Source: Actinomycetota bacterium
GTDB lineage: Bacteria; Actinomycetota; UBA4738; JACQTL01
Length of the DNA stretch: 64,000 nt
Direction of reading: 5' to 3'
Assembly (NCBI GenBank): GCA_045805265.1
Contig: JBJMLO010000008.1
Coordinates: 195,161 to 259,160, forward strand
In this document: piece after piece, positions 55,606 through 64,000 of the stretch
How positions within the stretch are numbered: position 1 is the stretch's first letter
Layout: every line of letters begins with the position of its first letter
Position numbers and translations under genes: made by a program
The notes under the pieces: generated by a model
Database searches by the model: none
Told to the model about the DNA's origin: nothing
What the model saw: the letters and a program-made list of their open reading frames with translations, nothing else

Positions 55606-56505
55606 CTACGCCTGCTCGTCGGCGAACTCCGTGGGAACCGTCTGGGCCAGGTTCACCAGCTCGTTCGCGGCCTTGACGTAGCGCACGATCGTGGGAAGGT
55701 CGCCCTTCAGCTTGAGCTTGCCCTGCATCATGCCCTTGACCGGGTCGAGCTCCTTGTTGATGACCTCCTTCCACCGGGAGTACGGGGCGCGGATGATGAA
55801 CTTCGCCTTCTCGCCCTCCTCGGCGCTGACCAGCTTCCCCTGGCGGCACTCGCCGTGCCACAGGTCGAGCCAGGCCCAGATCTCGTCCGGGACGCCCTTG
55901 TCCGGCTCCGGCTCGAACACGTAGGCCACGTCGCCCTCCCACGTGGCGGCGGCCTCCCGGTAGTCGTTCGACTGGTTGATGCGATCGACGTACAGGTCCA
56001 GCCACTCCTCGCTCGGGAACAGGGCCATGAGCGTCTCCTTCCACGATTGGTCGCTCCCGGGGGGAGTAAAGCACGCACTCCCGAGCCCCAGCCAATCGGC
56101 CGCGCACACGAGACACACCCGCCGGTGCAGGGACCCGTGGATCTCGATGACGTGGAGGCTCCCCGCCTCCTGGTGCAGGCCGTCGACGTTCTGGGTGATG
56201 ACGGCCGTGAGCAGCCCGGCGCGCTCGAGGTCCGCGATGGCCCGATGGGCGGCGTTCGGCCCCGCACCACCGAACGAGGCCCGGAGCTCACCGAGGAAGT
56301 CGGCCAGGCGGTCGGGATGCGACATGGCCTCCGCGGCGAGCCCCTCCCACGTGCCGAACCGCTCCGGGTCGAACCGGTCCCACAGCCCTCCGGGGTCGCG
56401 GAACGTGGGCACCCCGGAGTCCGCCGAGATTCCCGCGCCCGTGAACGCGACCACGCCCCTGGCCGCCAGCGCCGCGGCCGCCTGCTCGAGGGGGCGGCCG
56501 GCCAT
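55606..56505 (-). CDS. chimeric ORF: N-terminal half of a Sir2/CobB deacylase fused in-frame to a complete SCP2-domain protein
   Basis: Residues 1-134 are VAFTGAGISADSGVPTFRD, ITQNVDGLH, IHGSLHRRVCLVC, and Sir2 homology then stops. Residues 160-299 (MALFPSEEWLDLY...MMQGKLKLKGDL...) form an SCP2 domain. The SCP2 part has its own AAGGAG (56040-56035) and ATG at 56028. Confidence 0.8.
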   Translation of the reverse strand: MAGRPLEQAAAALAARGVVAFTGAGISADSGVPTFRDPGGLWDRFDPERFGTWEGLAAEAMSHPDRLADFLGELRASFGGAGPNAAHRAIADLERAGLLTAVITQNVDGLHQEAGSLHVIEIHGSLHRRVCLVCAADWLGLGSACFTPPGSDQSWKETLMALFPSEEWLDLYVDRINQSNDYREAAATWEGDVAYVFEPEPDKGVPDEIWAWLDLWHGECRQGKLVSAEEGEKAKFIIRAPYSRWKEVINKELDPVKGMMQGKLKLKGDLPTIVRYVKAANELVNLAQTVPTEFADEQA

Positions 56506-56551
56506 CAGCGGGCGCCCGCGGGGGACTGGGCGCCGTCCCGGACCGCGGGGC

Positions 56552-57409
56552 TCACTTCTGGAGGGCGACGAAGACGAAACCGATCACGTTGAACGCACAG
56601 TGCGCGGCCATGTTCGCGAGGAGGTTCCGCCGCCACTCGTAGATCGCGGCCAGCCCGAGCCCCACCGAGGCGAGCACGGTGACCAGCAGGGCCCAGTCCT
56701 GCCACGGGGCCGGCTGATAGTGCACCGCGCCGAACAGCGCGGCGGAGATCGCCGCCGAGAACCAGAATCCGTGCCGCTCGCGGAGCGCCCGGAACAGGAA
56801 CCCCCGGAAGAACAGCTCCTCGGCGACCGGGGCGGCCACCAGCACCAGGACGCCGGTCAGCACCAGGGCGACACCGGTCAGATGATCCGGGAGCTGGTCC
56901 GGGGCCTTGATGGACCGGTTGGTGAACAGGTCGATGACCTGCTGGACCAGCACGCCGACCCCGACCACCGCGACGACGTAGAGCGCCAGCCCGGAGCCGA
57001 AACCGATCGCGGCGTCGACCGGCTTGCGGGGGTTGAAGCGCAGCGCGCCGACGTCCGGGCGGTGGCGGATGGCCATCCACCCGGCCACGGCCCCGAACAG
57101 GCCGGCCTCCGAGATGAGGCCGATCCCCACGAACTGGAGGTTGGTCAGATCGTTCCGGCCGGTCGGGTTCGCGACGAGCCCGCCGACGACGGCGCCGCCC
57201 ACGAACCCGACGAGCCCGACGAGCACGGCCTCCCAGAAGCCCCACGTGGCGGGGACGCCCCACGGCCCCCGTCGCCCCGGCTGAGACGGTCCGGGCGGGG
57301 GCGGAGGCAGTGCGGGCCGGAACGGCAGGTCGGGCCGGGGCGGCTCGCCGGGCGGCCGGGCGGGTCGCTCGCGGTCGAGCGGCGCGGCGGGATCCGACGG
57401 GGGGCTCAC
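56552..57409 (-). CDS. CPBP family intramembrane glutamic endopeptidase
   Basis: GTG 57409 overlaps the upstream stop (GTGA). The N-terminus is Pro-rich. The motifs are VAEELFFRGFLF (EExxxR), FGAVH (FxxxH) and AHCAFNV (HxxxN). Confidence 0.85.
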   Translation of the reverse strand: MSPPSDPAAPLDRERPARPPGEPPRPDLPFRPALPPPPPGPSQPGRRGPWGVPATWGFWEAVLVGLVGFVGGAVVGGLVANPTGRNDLTNLQFVGIGLISEAGLFGAVAGWMAIRHRPDVGALRFNPRKPVDAAIGFGSGLALYVVAVVGVGVLVQQVIDLFTNRSIKAPDQLPDHLTGVALVLTGVLVLVAAPVAEELFFRGFLFRALRERHGFWFSAAISAALFGAVHYQPAPWQDWALLVTVLASVGLGLAAIYEWRRNLLANMAAHCAFNVIGFVFVALQK

Positions 57410-59418
57410 GTGGAGGCCTCCGCGGGGTGCCGGGCGGGCGCCGGCGCGGGCCGGCCCTCCCGCCACCACGGGCCTTCCATCATCGGGAGGTACTCGAGGC
57501 CCGCGATCCCGAGCCCGAACGCGAATCCCGCCGCGGCCACTCCCGTGTCGTTGACCACGTAGGCCACGATACCCGCGAGCAGGAGCGTCACCACCGCCGC
57601 GCGCCACTGGGGCCATCGCTCGAACCCGTCCCGCACGACGTCCGGCGGCCGGAGCGCCAGGTACAGCACGACGGGGAGCCCGATCACCACCAGCCACGAC
57701 AGCGGGCTGTCGATCAGGAGCCGGGCGCCGGTCCCCAGGCGGTCGAGGGCCAGGCGCGCCACCGAGCCGGCGCCGCCGCCGTGTTCCACGAAACGCGTGC
57801 CGTGGGTCGGCGTGGACGCCAGCGTCACGTGCGACACGAGGACCGCGGCCATCCCCACCGCCACGGTGGCCCCCGTGATCAGCGCGTCGCGCAACCGCAG
57901 CCGCCCCCGGGTGCGCAGCGCCCACCACAGGCCGGCCGCGGCGAACAGCGTGAGGGCCCCCCCGAGGTTCGCGCCCAGGTCGGGGAAGCCGACGAAGAGC
58001 CCGGCGGCCACCAGCAGGCAGTACCCGGCCCAGGGCGACAGCGCCGCGGCGACCCACAGCGTTCCCGCGAGCACCAGGCCGATGTCGTTGTTCGGGAGGC
58101 CGTAGAACCGCGCCCCGTCGAGCGCGGTCCCCCCCAGCAGCGTGAAGGGCGTGTCCGGCCACCCCTGCAGCGCGTCCACGACGAAGTACCCGAGCATCAC
58201 GGCACCGAGCCCCGCGGCGGGCCACAGGACCCCGTACCGGCGCGACCCCACGGCCAGGGCCGCGAAGACGAGCGCCACGGCCGCGAGCACCGGGACGACG
58301 TTCGCGTACGACAGGGTCGGCAACCGGCCGGCCGCCAGCAGGACCACGCCGAGCGGCGCCGCGGTCAGCGGCAGGATCGTCCCCAGCCGGCCGAGCCGGG
58401 TCGGGACCCGCTCCCGGCGGCGCAGGAGCAGGATCGGGACCGTCCCCGCCACCACGACCCACACCAGCGCGCCGAGAGCGATAGGCGTAGCGATCCGCCG
58501 GTTCTCGAGATGCTTGCGGTGCAAGGCGAACGGCGGCCCGGCGTCGGACACGACCTCGATCGGGCTGCCGTGCATCTCCGACGGCACGGGGATGCCGAAG
58601 AATCGCAGGATCGTCGGCGCCACGTCCTCGTTCGACACCACCCCATCGCGCCGTGTCGTGTCCGACGTCAGCGTGTGCATGGGGCCGTGCGCCCCGAAGA
58701 GCCGCCGTGCGTCGCCCGTCGCCATGGCCACGGGGGGAAGCTCGTCACGCGTGCGGATGCTGTCGAACGGTGGGTACGTGCCCACGACCATCAACAGGAC
58801 CTTGCGGGAATCGGGGACCAACCCCCGGAGGTCCCTCGCCAGAAGATCGAGCGCCGCGCGGACGACGTGAACGGGCGGGGCTCGTTCGAAGGTCGGGGTC
58901 AGGTCGTACACCCGCAGATCGCAGCTGCCCGAGCCCGTGTGCCCGTGACGGTCCATGGCCACCAGCACCGCTCGCGTTCCGAACGCACACGGTGTGAGGC
59001 CGTGCGCCTCGAGCACCGACCCCAGCAGGCCGGGTTCGGACCGGCCCTCGTTTGCTCGCAGGATCTGATCGAAGTATCGAGGCGAGAGCCCGACGGCGGA
59101 TCCATCGGGCCGCCGCGCGACGGACCACGGCCCGAACGGAACCGCGCTGCGGACGCCGGTTCCCAGTGTCAGGTCGTGGCCGTCCCCGACATCCCCCTCG
59201 ACGGTCCGGACGCTCATCACCCCGGCCCCCCCGCTGCGCGCCACGTCCCGGATGAGCGGAGCCGACATGGCTTCCTCGAAGCTCGGGTAGTCCCACAGGA
59301 CCACAACGGCGACGCGGCCGTCCGCGGCCGCATGTGCCGGGGGGGCCGTCCCGGCGAGGACCGCCGCGAGCGCGAGGCCCAGTCCGATGAGGGATGCGGC
59401 CCGGGAGCGGGCGGTCAC
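57406..59418 (-). CDS. large polytopic membrane protein with N-terminal extracytoplasmic domain, unknown function
   Basis: 670 aa. The signal peptide is ...GTAPPAHA. A soluble domain of about 300 aa follows (VVVLWDYPSFEEAM...MHGSPIEV), then about 10-12 TM helices. The start overlaps the murA stop by 4 nt. Confidence 0.7.
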   Translation of the reverse strand: MTARSRAASLIGLGLALAAVLAGTAPPAHAAADGRVAVVVLWDYPSFEEAMSAPLIRDVARSGGAGVMSVRTVEGDVGDGHDLTLGTGVRSAVPFGPWSVARRPDGSAVGLSPRYFDQILRANEGRSEPGLLGSVLEAHGLTPCAFGTRAVLVAMDRHGHTGSGSCDLRVYDLTPTFERAPPVHVVRAALDLLARDLRGLVPDSRKVLLMVVGTYPPFDSIRTRDELPPVAMATGDARRLFGAHGPMHTLTSDTTRRDGVVSNEDVAPTILRFFGIPVPSEMHGSPIEVVSDAGPPFALHRKHLENRRIATPIALGALVWVVVAGTVPILLLRRRERVPTRLGRLGTILPLTAAPLGVVLLAAGRLPTLSYANVVPVLAAVALVFAALAVGSRRYGVLWPAAGLGAVMLGYFVVDALQGWPDTPFTLLGGTALDGARFYGLPNNDIGLVLAGTLWVAAALSPWAGYCLLVAAGLFVGFPDLGANLGGALTLFAAAGLWWALRTRGRLRLRDALITGATVAVGMAAVLVSHVTLASTPTHGTRFVEHGGGAGSVARLALDRLGTGARLLIDSPLSWLVVIGLPVVLYLALRPPDVVRDGFERWPQWRAAVVTLLLAGIVAYVVNDTGVAAAGFAFGLGIAGLEYLPMMEGPWWREGRPAPAPARHPAEAST

Positions 59419-60683
59419 GCGAAGGCGGGCGAGCGCTCCGGCTCGCGCCGGACCTCGGCGCCCAGCGCGGAGAGCTTGTCCTCGAGCGACTCGTAGCCCC
59501 GGTCGATGAAGTGCACGTCCGAGATCTCGGTCGACCCGTCCGCGGTGAGCGCTGCGATGACCATGGCCGCCCCGGCTCGGATGTCAAGCGCGCAGACGGG
59601 GGCGGCGGACAGCCGCTCGACCCCCCGGATCACGGCATGGTGGCCCTTCGTGAGGATGTCGGCGCCCATCCGTTCCAGCTCCTCGACGAACATGAACCGG
59701 CTCTCGAAGACGTTCTCGGCCAGGATGCTCGTGCCCTCGGCGGCGGCCAGCATCGCCATCATCTGGGGCTGGAGGTCGGTGGGGAACCCCGGGTACGGCA
59801 GCGTGACGAAGTCCACGGCGCGGGGCCGTCCGTCCATGCGGATGCGGACCCCGTCGCCCTCGTCCGTCACCGACGCGCCGTTCTCGGCCAGCTTCGCGAG
59901 CGGGAGCTCGAGGTGGTCCGCCCTCGCCCCGGCGAGCAGGACGTCGCCGCCCGCGGCGACGGTCGCGACGGCGAACGTCCCGGCCTCCACACGGTCGGAG
60001 ATCACGACGTGACGGGCCGGGTGGAACTCGTCCACGCCCTCGACCTCGATCGTGGTCGTGCCGGCGCCCTCGACCCGCGCGCCCAGGGCCACCAGGAAGT
60101 CCGCGAGGTCCCCGATCTCGGGCTCCCGCGCGGCGTTGTCGATGACGGTCGTGCCCCGGGCGGCGACCGCGGCCATCAACAGGTTCTCCGTGGCGCCCAC
60201 GCTTGGGAAGTCGAGCGACATCACCGCGCCCTGCAGGCGCCCGGTGGCCTCGAGGTATCCGTGCTCCTGCTCGAACTCGATCCCCATGCGCTCCAGGCCC
60301 CGAAGGTGCAGGTCGATCTTCCGCGATCCGATGTTGCATCCGCCGGGCATGGCCACGCGGGCGCGGCCGAACCGGGCCAGCAACGGGCCGAGCACGATGA
60401 TCGACGCGCGCATCCGGCTGACCAGCTCGTAGGGGGCGTCGTGGCGGTCGACCGACCCGGCGTCGATCTCGACGGCATGCCCGTCCCACCGGACGCCGGC
60501 GCCCATGTGGTCGAGCACCTCGACCATGGTGCGGCAGTCGGCGATGCGGGGGACGTTCTCGATCACGCTGCGGCCGGGCGCGAGCAGCGCCGCGGCCATG
60601 AGCTTCAGCGCGGAGTTCTTCGCCCCCCCGATGGGCACGTCGCCGTACAGCGGTCGTCCCCCGGACACGACCAGCTTCTCCAT
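59415..60683 (-). CDS. murA: UDP-N-acetylglucosamine 1-carboxyvinyltransferase
   Basis: 422 aa. Motifs are VSGGRPLYGDVPIGGAKNSALKLMAAALL, the active-site loop PGGCNIGSRKIDLH and YPGFPTDLQ. Confidence 0.95.
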   Translation of the reverse strand: MEKLVVSGGRPLYGDVPIGGAKNSALKLMAAALLAPGRSVIENVPRIADCRTMVEVLDHMGAGVRWDGHAVEIDAGSVDRHDAPYELVSRMRASIIVLGPLLARFGRARVAMPGGCNIGSRKIDLHLRGLERMGIEFEQEHGYLEATGRLQGAVMSLDFPSVGATENLLMAAVAARGTTVIDNAAREPEIGDLADFLVALGARVEGAGTTTIEVEGVDEFHPARHVVISDRVEAGTFAVATVAAGGDVLLAGARADHLELPLAKLAENGASVTDEGDGVRIRMDGRPRAVDFVTLPYPGFPTDLQPQMMAMLAAAEGTSILAENVFESRFMFVEELERMGADILTKGHHAVIRGVERLSAAPVCALDIRAGAAMVIAALTADGSTEISDVHFIDRGYESLEDKLSALGAEVRREPERSPAFA

Positions 60684-60748
60684 GAGCTCGTCATTCTAGT
60701 GGTCCGCAGGTCGGCGGATCGCCGATAGTGGCGACCCCGGCCGGTTCC

Positions 60749-63700
60749 TCACCTGGGCGACAGGACGACCCGGCGGGCGCTCGTGCCGATGGCGCCGACG
60801 CGGAGGGTGACGACCACGGACGTGTACCCCATCCGCAGGAACGTCAGCCGGTAGGTGCCGGCGGGGATGTACCGGACCTGGAACGTCCCGATCGAGTTGG
60901 TGCTGAACAACCGGCGGCTTCCCCGGATCCTCGTCCGGACCCTAACGCCCGCGAGCGGCGACCCGCCGGAGACCGCGAGACCGGCGATGCGGCGGGGCCC
61001 CGAGCGGCTCGGTGCGGTGGTCCGCTCCAGGGGCGAGCTCGCGGAGACGTTGCCCGAGGAGTCCCTGGTCCTGATGCGGTACGCGACCCTGCCGGAGGCG
61101 TGCAGGTCCACGTACGTCCGGTTCCGCACGGACGCCACCTTCACGCCGTTGCAGTACACGTCGTAGCCGGCCACCCGGTGGTCGTCCGTTCCCAAGGACC
61201 AGGAGAGCGCGACCCGGGAACCGCCGAGCGGGATCACTGCCAGCCGCTGGGGGGCCGAAGGGGCGACCGTGTCCAGGGCCGGGACCGTGATCGTCGACGC
61301 CTTGCTGGGAGCCGAGCGGTTGCCCGCCGGGTCCACGGTCACCACCTGGTAGCGGTACGTCTGGCCGTGGACCACCTCCTCGTCCGCGTACGCGGTACCG
61401 GTGGCCTGGGCGATCTCGGTTCCGTCGCGGATGATCGAGTAGGCAGCGACCGTCGTGCCGTCCGTGGGAGGGCTCCAGGTCAGGTCCACGCTGTGACCGA
61501 TGGCGGTGGCCAGGCCCGTCGGGGGAGACGGGGCGGCGACCCCTTCCTCGACCGAGACGGTCACGGACGACGTCGCCGAGTTGCCGGCGGTGTCGTACGC
61601 CGTGGCGGAGATCGTGTGCGGCCCGACTCCGGCCGCGTCCCAGCGGAATCCATAGGTCGGTGCGGTCGAGGTGGCCTGGATGGTCCCGTCCACCGAGAAA
61701 TCGACCCGGTCCACCGCCACGTCGTCGGAGGCATCGGCCGTGACGTCCACCGGCGCGGAGACCGACGACCCGTCCGAGGGAGCGGTGATGGCCACGGCCG
61801 GCGGGGTCGTGTCGGCGGGGCCGCCGCCCCCGTTGTCCACGGTGACCGAGACGACCCCGGCGGTGCCGTAGTTCCTCGCGGCGTCGTACGCCCGGACGTA
61901 CAGGGAGTGGGTCCCGTCCGGGACCGTGGTGGTGTCCCATGGGAACGAGAATGGGCTCGAGGAGGTCGTGGCGGCCAGCACGCCGTCCACGTAGAGCTCG
62001 ACCCTGGTGACGGCCACGTCGTCGGACGCGGAGGCGGCCACGGTCGTGGTGCCGGAGGCCGTCGATCCGTCCGACGGCGAATCGACGGACGCCGAGGGCG
62101 GGGAGGTGTCGCTCGACGGGCTCGTCGGCCCCAGGAACCAGACCCGCGGCGAGGGAGGCGAGAGGCTGCCGTCGCCGTCGACGGCCTGCACGTAGTACTC
62201 GTGGCACCCGCCGATGGGGTCCGTGTACGACGTCGACGTGACCCGGGCGATCCGGCGGTTGTTCCGGAAGACGTCGTAGCCGGTGACGCCCCGGTCGTCC
62301 GCGCTGGCGGTCCAGCTCAGGTCGGTGTGCGTGGCGGTTCCCGTGGGCGAGAGCAGGAGGTCCGGGCGGCTCGGCGGAGAGTCCCCCAGCGCCCCGGTGG
62401 ACACCGGGTAGGGGACGGGGCTCGAGAAGTTCCCGTCACCGTCGACGGGGATCACCTGGACGTCGTAGTGGGTCCTGGTGGGCAGGCCGGTCGCCGTGAG
62501 CGACGTCTTCGACGCCGGCAGCCAGCACGTGGCGAGGCACGGGACCACGCGGTAGTACGCCACCCCCCCGTCGTCCCGGGCCCCGGACCAGTGAAGGCTG
62601 ATGCTGCGATCCGTCGCGGTGGCCTGCACGACCGCGGGTGTCGGCGGCGTGAAGTCGGTCCGCTGCGGCGTGGTGACCGAGACCGTCGCCGGCGCAGACT
62701 GGTTGCCCTTCCGGTCGAACCCGGTGACCGAATACGTGGCGGTCGTACCGGGCGAGAGGTTCGTGTCGAGGAACCACGTCGTCGGGGTGGTGAAGACCGA
62801 GTCGTCCCGCTGGATCAGGTAGCCCGCGACGCCGAGGTTGTCGGTCGACGCCGTCCAGGAGACCCCGACGGTGGCCGACCCCAGCGCGGTCGCCGTGAGG
62901 TCCGTGGGGGCGCCCGGCCGCGTCGAGTCCGCGGGGGAGGTCACCCGATAGGTCACGCCGGGGACGGAGGTCACGTAGTTGCCCAGGCTGTTCGAGAAGA
63001 ACCGACCCAGTCCGGCCGAATAGGCGTAGGCGCCGTCGATCGTTGACGGCTTCGACGTGACGGCCACGCTCACGGAGGTGGACTCCCCGGCCGGGAGCAC
63101 GACGTAGTCCGGGGTCGCGGTCACGGTGAGGTCGGAGTACGTGCCGGCGGGGAAGAACCGGAACGTGTTCGCCGGGCATCCGGCGGAGTCCGTGTTGGTC
63201 AGGATGAACGTGTAGACCCTGGCCTGTCCGGCAGCCGCGCTCTGGGGGGAGGGGCCGGGAGTGGTCGCCGCTGGGGCGCTGCGGACGCAGGCCTGCGCCG
63301 GCACCGAGACCTGCACCGTCAGCCCCGACGGCGCGGCCGAAATCGCCGCGATCGTGATGCCCGTCTCCGGGTCGGTGAAGCTGTGTCCCGGCAGGAGCGC
63401 CCCGTCGAGGACGTCATCCACCGGGTAGTACATCGTCGGGTCGACGATGGTCCCCGGGCTGTTGTCGAGCAGCTGGGTGTCCGAGCCGCCGCCGGTCCCG
63501 AACACGTCGAGCCCGGCGAGCCGGATCGACGCCCCCTGGGCCACGTCGCAGGCGCTGCAGTCCGATCCGATCCACGAGTCGAACCCCTGAGGCTGGCGGT
63601 ACTCCACCGTGAAGGACGTTCCGGTCGCCCCGCGGGGGATGTTCAGCGCGGCCGTTCCCGAGCCGGGGTTCTCGTAGGGCGCCAGCGTGTACGTGCCCGA

Positions 63701-64000
63701 GGTCGCGACCGTGGGGAACTGGGACTGGCTCAGCCATCCGGCCACGGACTTGTGGTAGGGGTCGAGCTGGGAGATCCGGTGGTACTTCCCACCGCCGAGG
63801 ACGTCGAACGGGTCCCCGTACTCGGCGACGTCGCACCCCTGGTCGAACCGGGTCGGCGGCGTGAAGACGTCGGGGAGGCAGACGTCCATGGCCGCGTGGG
63901 CGTTGAAGCTCCCCAGCGTGTGCGAGAGCTCGTGGACCTGCGAGTACAGGCTGGTGGAGGCGGTCGCGTCCTCGACGACCTCCGCGGCGGTGATGGTGCC
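60749..64000 (-). CDS. very large secreted zinc metalloprotease (HExxH) with five FN3-like and two Ig-like repeats and a C-terminal CarboxypepD_reg-like domain; N-terminus off window
   Basis: The frame stays open from 64000. HELSHTLGSFNAH is encoded at about 63934-63896. FN3-like units include ...LSWTASTDNLGVAGY..., LHWSGARDDGGVAYY, LSWTASADDRGVTGY, LTWSPPTDGTTVAAY and LSWSLGTDDHRVAGY. The two Ig-like units are ...ASDDVAVTRVELYVDG.. and ..ASDDVAVDRVDFSVDG... The tail ...GTFQVRYIPAGTYRLTF completes the protein. Confidence 0.8.
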   Translation of the reverse strand, partial: GTITAAEVVEDATASTSLYSQVHELSHTLGSFNAHAAMDVCLPDVFTPPTRFDQGCDVAEYGDPFDVLGGGKYHRISQLDPYHKSVAGWLSQSQFPTVATSGTYTLAPYENPGSGTAALNIPRGATGTSFTVEYRQPQGFDSWIGSDCSACDVAQGASIRLAGLDVFGTGGGSDTQLLDNSPGTIVDPTMYYPVDDVLDGALLPGHSFTDPETGITIAAISAAPSGLTVQVSVPAQACVRSAPAATTPGPSPQSAAAGQARVYTFILTNTDSAGCPANTFRFFPAGTYSDLTVTATPDYVVLPAGESTSVSVAVTSKPSTIDGAYAYSAGLGRFFSNSLGNYVTSVPGVTYRVTSPADSTRPGAPTDLTATALGSATVGVSWTASTDNLGVAGYLIQRDDSVFTTPTTWFLDTNLSPGTTATYSVTGFDRKGNQSAPATVSVTTPQRTDFTPPTPAVVQATATDRSISLHWSGARDDGGVAYYRVVPCLATCWLPASKTSLTATGLPTRTHYDVQVIPVDGDGNFSSPVPYPVSTGALGDSPPSRPDLLLSPTGTATHTDLSWTASADDRGVTGYDVFRNNRRIARVTSTSYTDPIGGCHEYYVQAVDGDGSLSPPSPRVWFLGPTSPSSDTSPPSASVDSPSDGSTASGTTTVAASASDDVAVTRVELYVDGVLAATTSSSPFSFPWDTTTVPDGTHSLYVRAYDAARNYGTAGVVSVTVDNGGGGPADTTPPAVAITAPSDGSSVSAPVDVTADASDDVAVDRVDFSVDGTIQATSTAPTYGFRWDAAGVGPHTISATAYDTAGNSATSSVTVSVEEGVAAPSPPTGLATAIGHSVDLTWSPPTDGTTVAAYSIIRDGTEIAQATGTAYADEEVVHGQTYRYQVVTVDPAGNRSAPSKASTITVPALDTVAPSAPQRLAVIPLGGSRVALSWSLGTDDHRVAGYDVYCNGVKVASVRNRTYVDLHASGRVAYRIRTRDSSGNVSASSPLERTTAPSRSGPRRIAGLAVSGGSPLAGVRVRTRIRGSRRLFSTNSIGTFQVRYIPAGTYRLTFLRMGYTSVVVTLRVGAIGTSARRVVLSPR

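Noticed and set aside
60728-63046. 772-aa plus-strand ORF
   Set aside because: It is antisense to the FN3/Ig-repeat protease gene and its product is low-complexity Arg/Gly/Asp-rich sequence.

Overview
Very high-GC, tightly packed chromosomal segment, most likely from an Actinomycetota-type genome. I count about 65 protein-coding genes. By eye I found no rRNA, tRNA, CRISPR array, transposase or integrase. The housekeeping backbone resembles mycobacterial and actinobacterial gene order: gatB / gatA-gatC, ligA, mnmA, etfBA, a meaB-methylmalonyl-CoA mutase pair and murA.

Several accessory modules sit within this backbone:
1. An amidase plus mmpL-tetR-VOC block splitting gatCA from gatB.
2. An ArsR plus two SRPBCC genes, one of which carries an in-frame TAG.
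3. An amino-acid-type metabolic island (9.7-22.3 kb). It holds an APC permease, two convergent translationally coupled operons that each contain a cupin and an aminotransferase, and an Lrp / Ntn-amidotransferase / glutamine-synthetase-like / Dabb module.
4. A DUF222-HNH gene with lower-GC flanks, followed by small Cys-rich ORFs and a tandem hairpin repeat.
5. A Fur-family regulator next to a NiCoT-type Ni/Co transporter, with a shared operator-like motif upstream of both.
6. A long copper-type envelope operon (CopC-CopD fusion, two paralogous GH[LI]H-motif proteins, a CPBP protease, an orphan solute-binding protein) divergent from a TAT thioredoxin-fold lipoprotein.
7. Two tandem TAT-exported alkaline-phosphatase-superfamily paralogs.
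8. A half sirtuin gene read through in-frame into an SCP2 gene.
9. murA coupled to a large polytopic membrane protein and a second CPBP protease.
10. A very large secreted HExxH protease with FN3/Ig arrays, truncated at the window end.

No recognised defence system or biosynthetic cluster is visible. The most unusual items are the Sir2-SCP2 chimera, the copper/CPBP/orphan-SBP operon and the mirrored cupin-aminotransferase operons.

All calls come from reading translations and motifs by eye. Start codons were chosen from RBS and overlap logic and may be off by some codons. Many long ORFs in the track are antisense or out-of-frame high-GC artefacts and were discarded.
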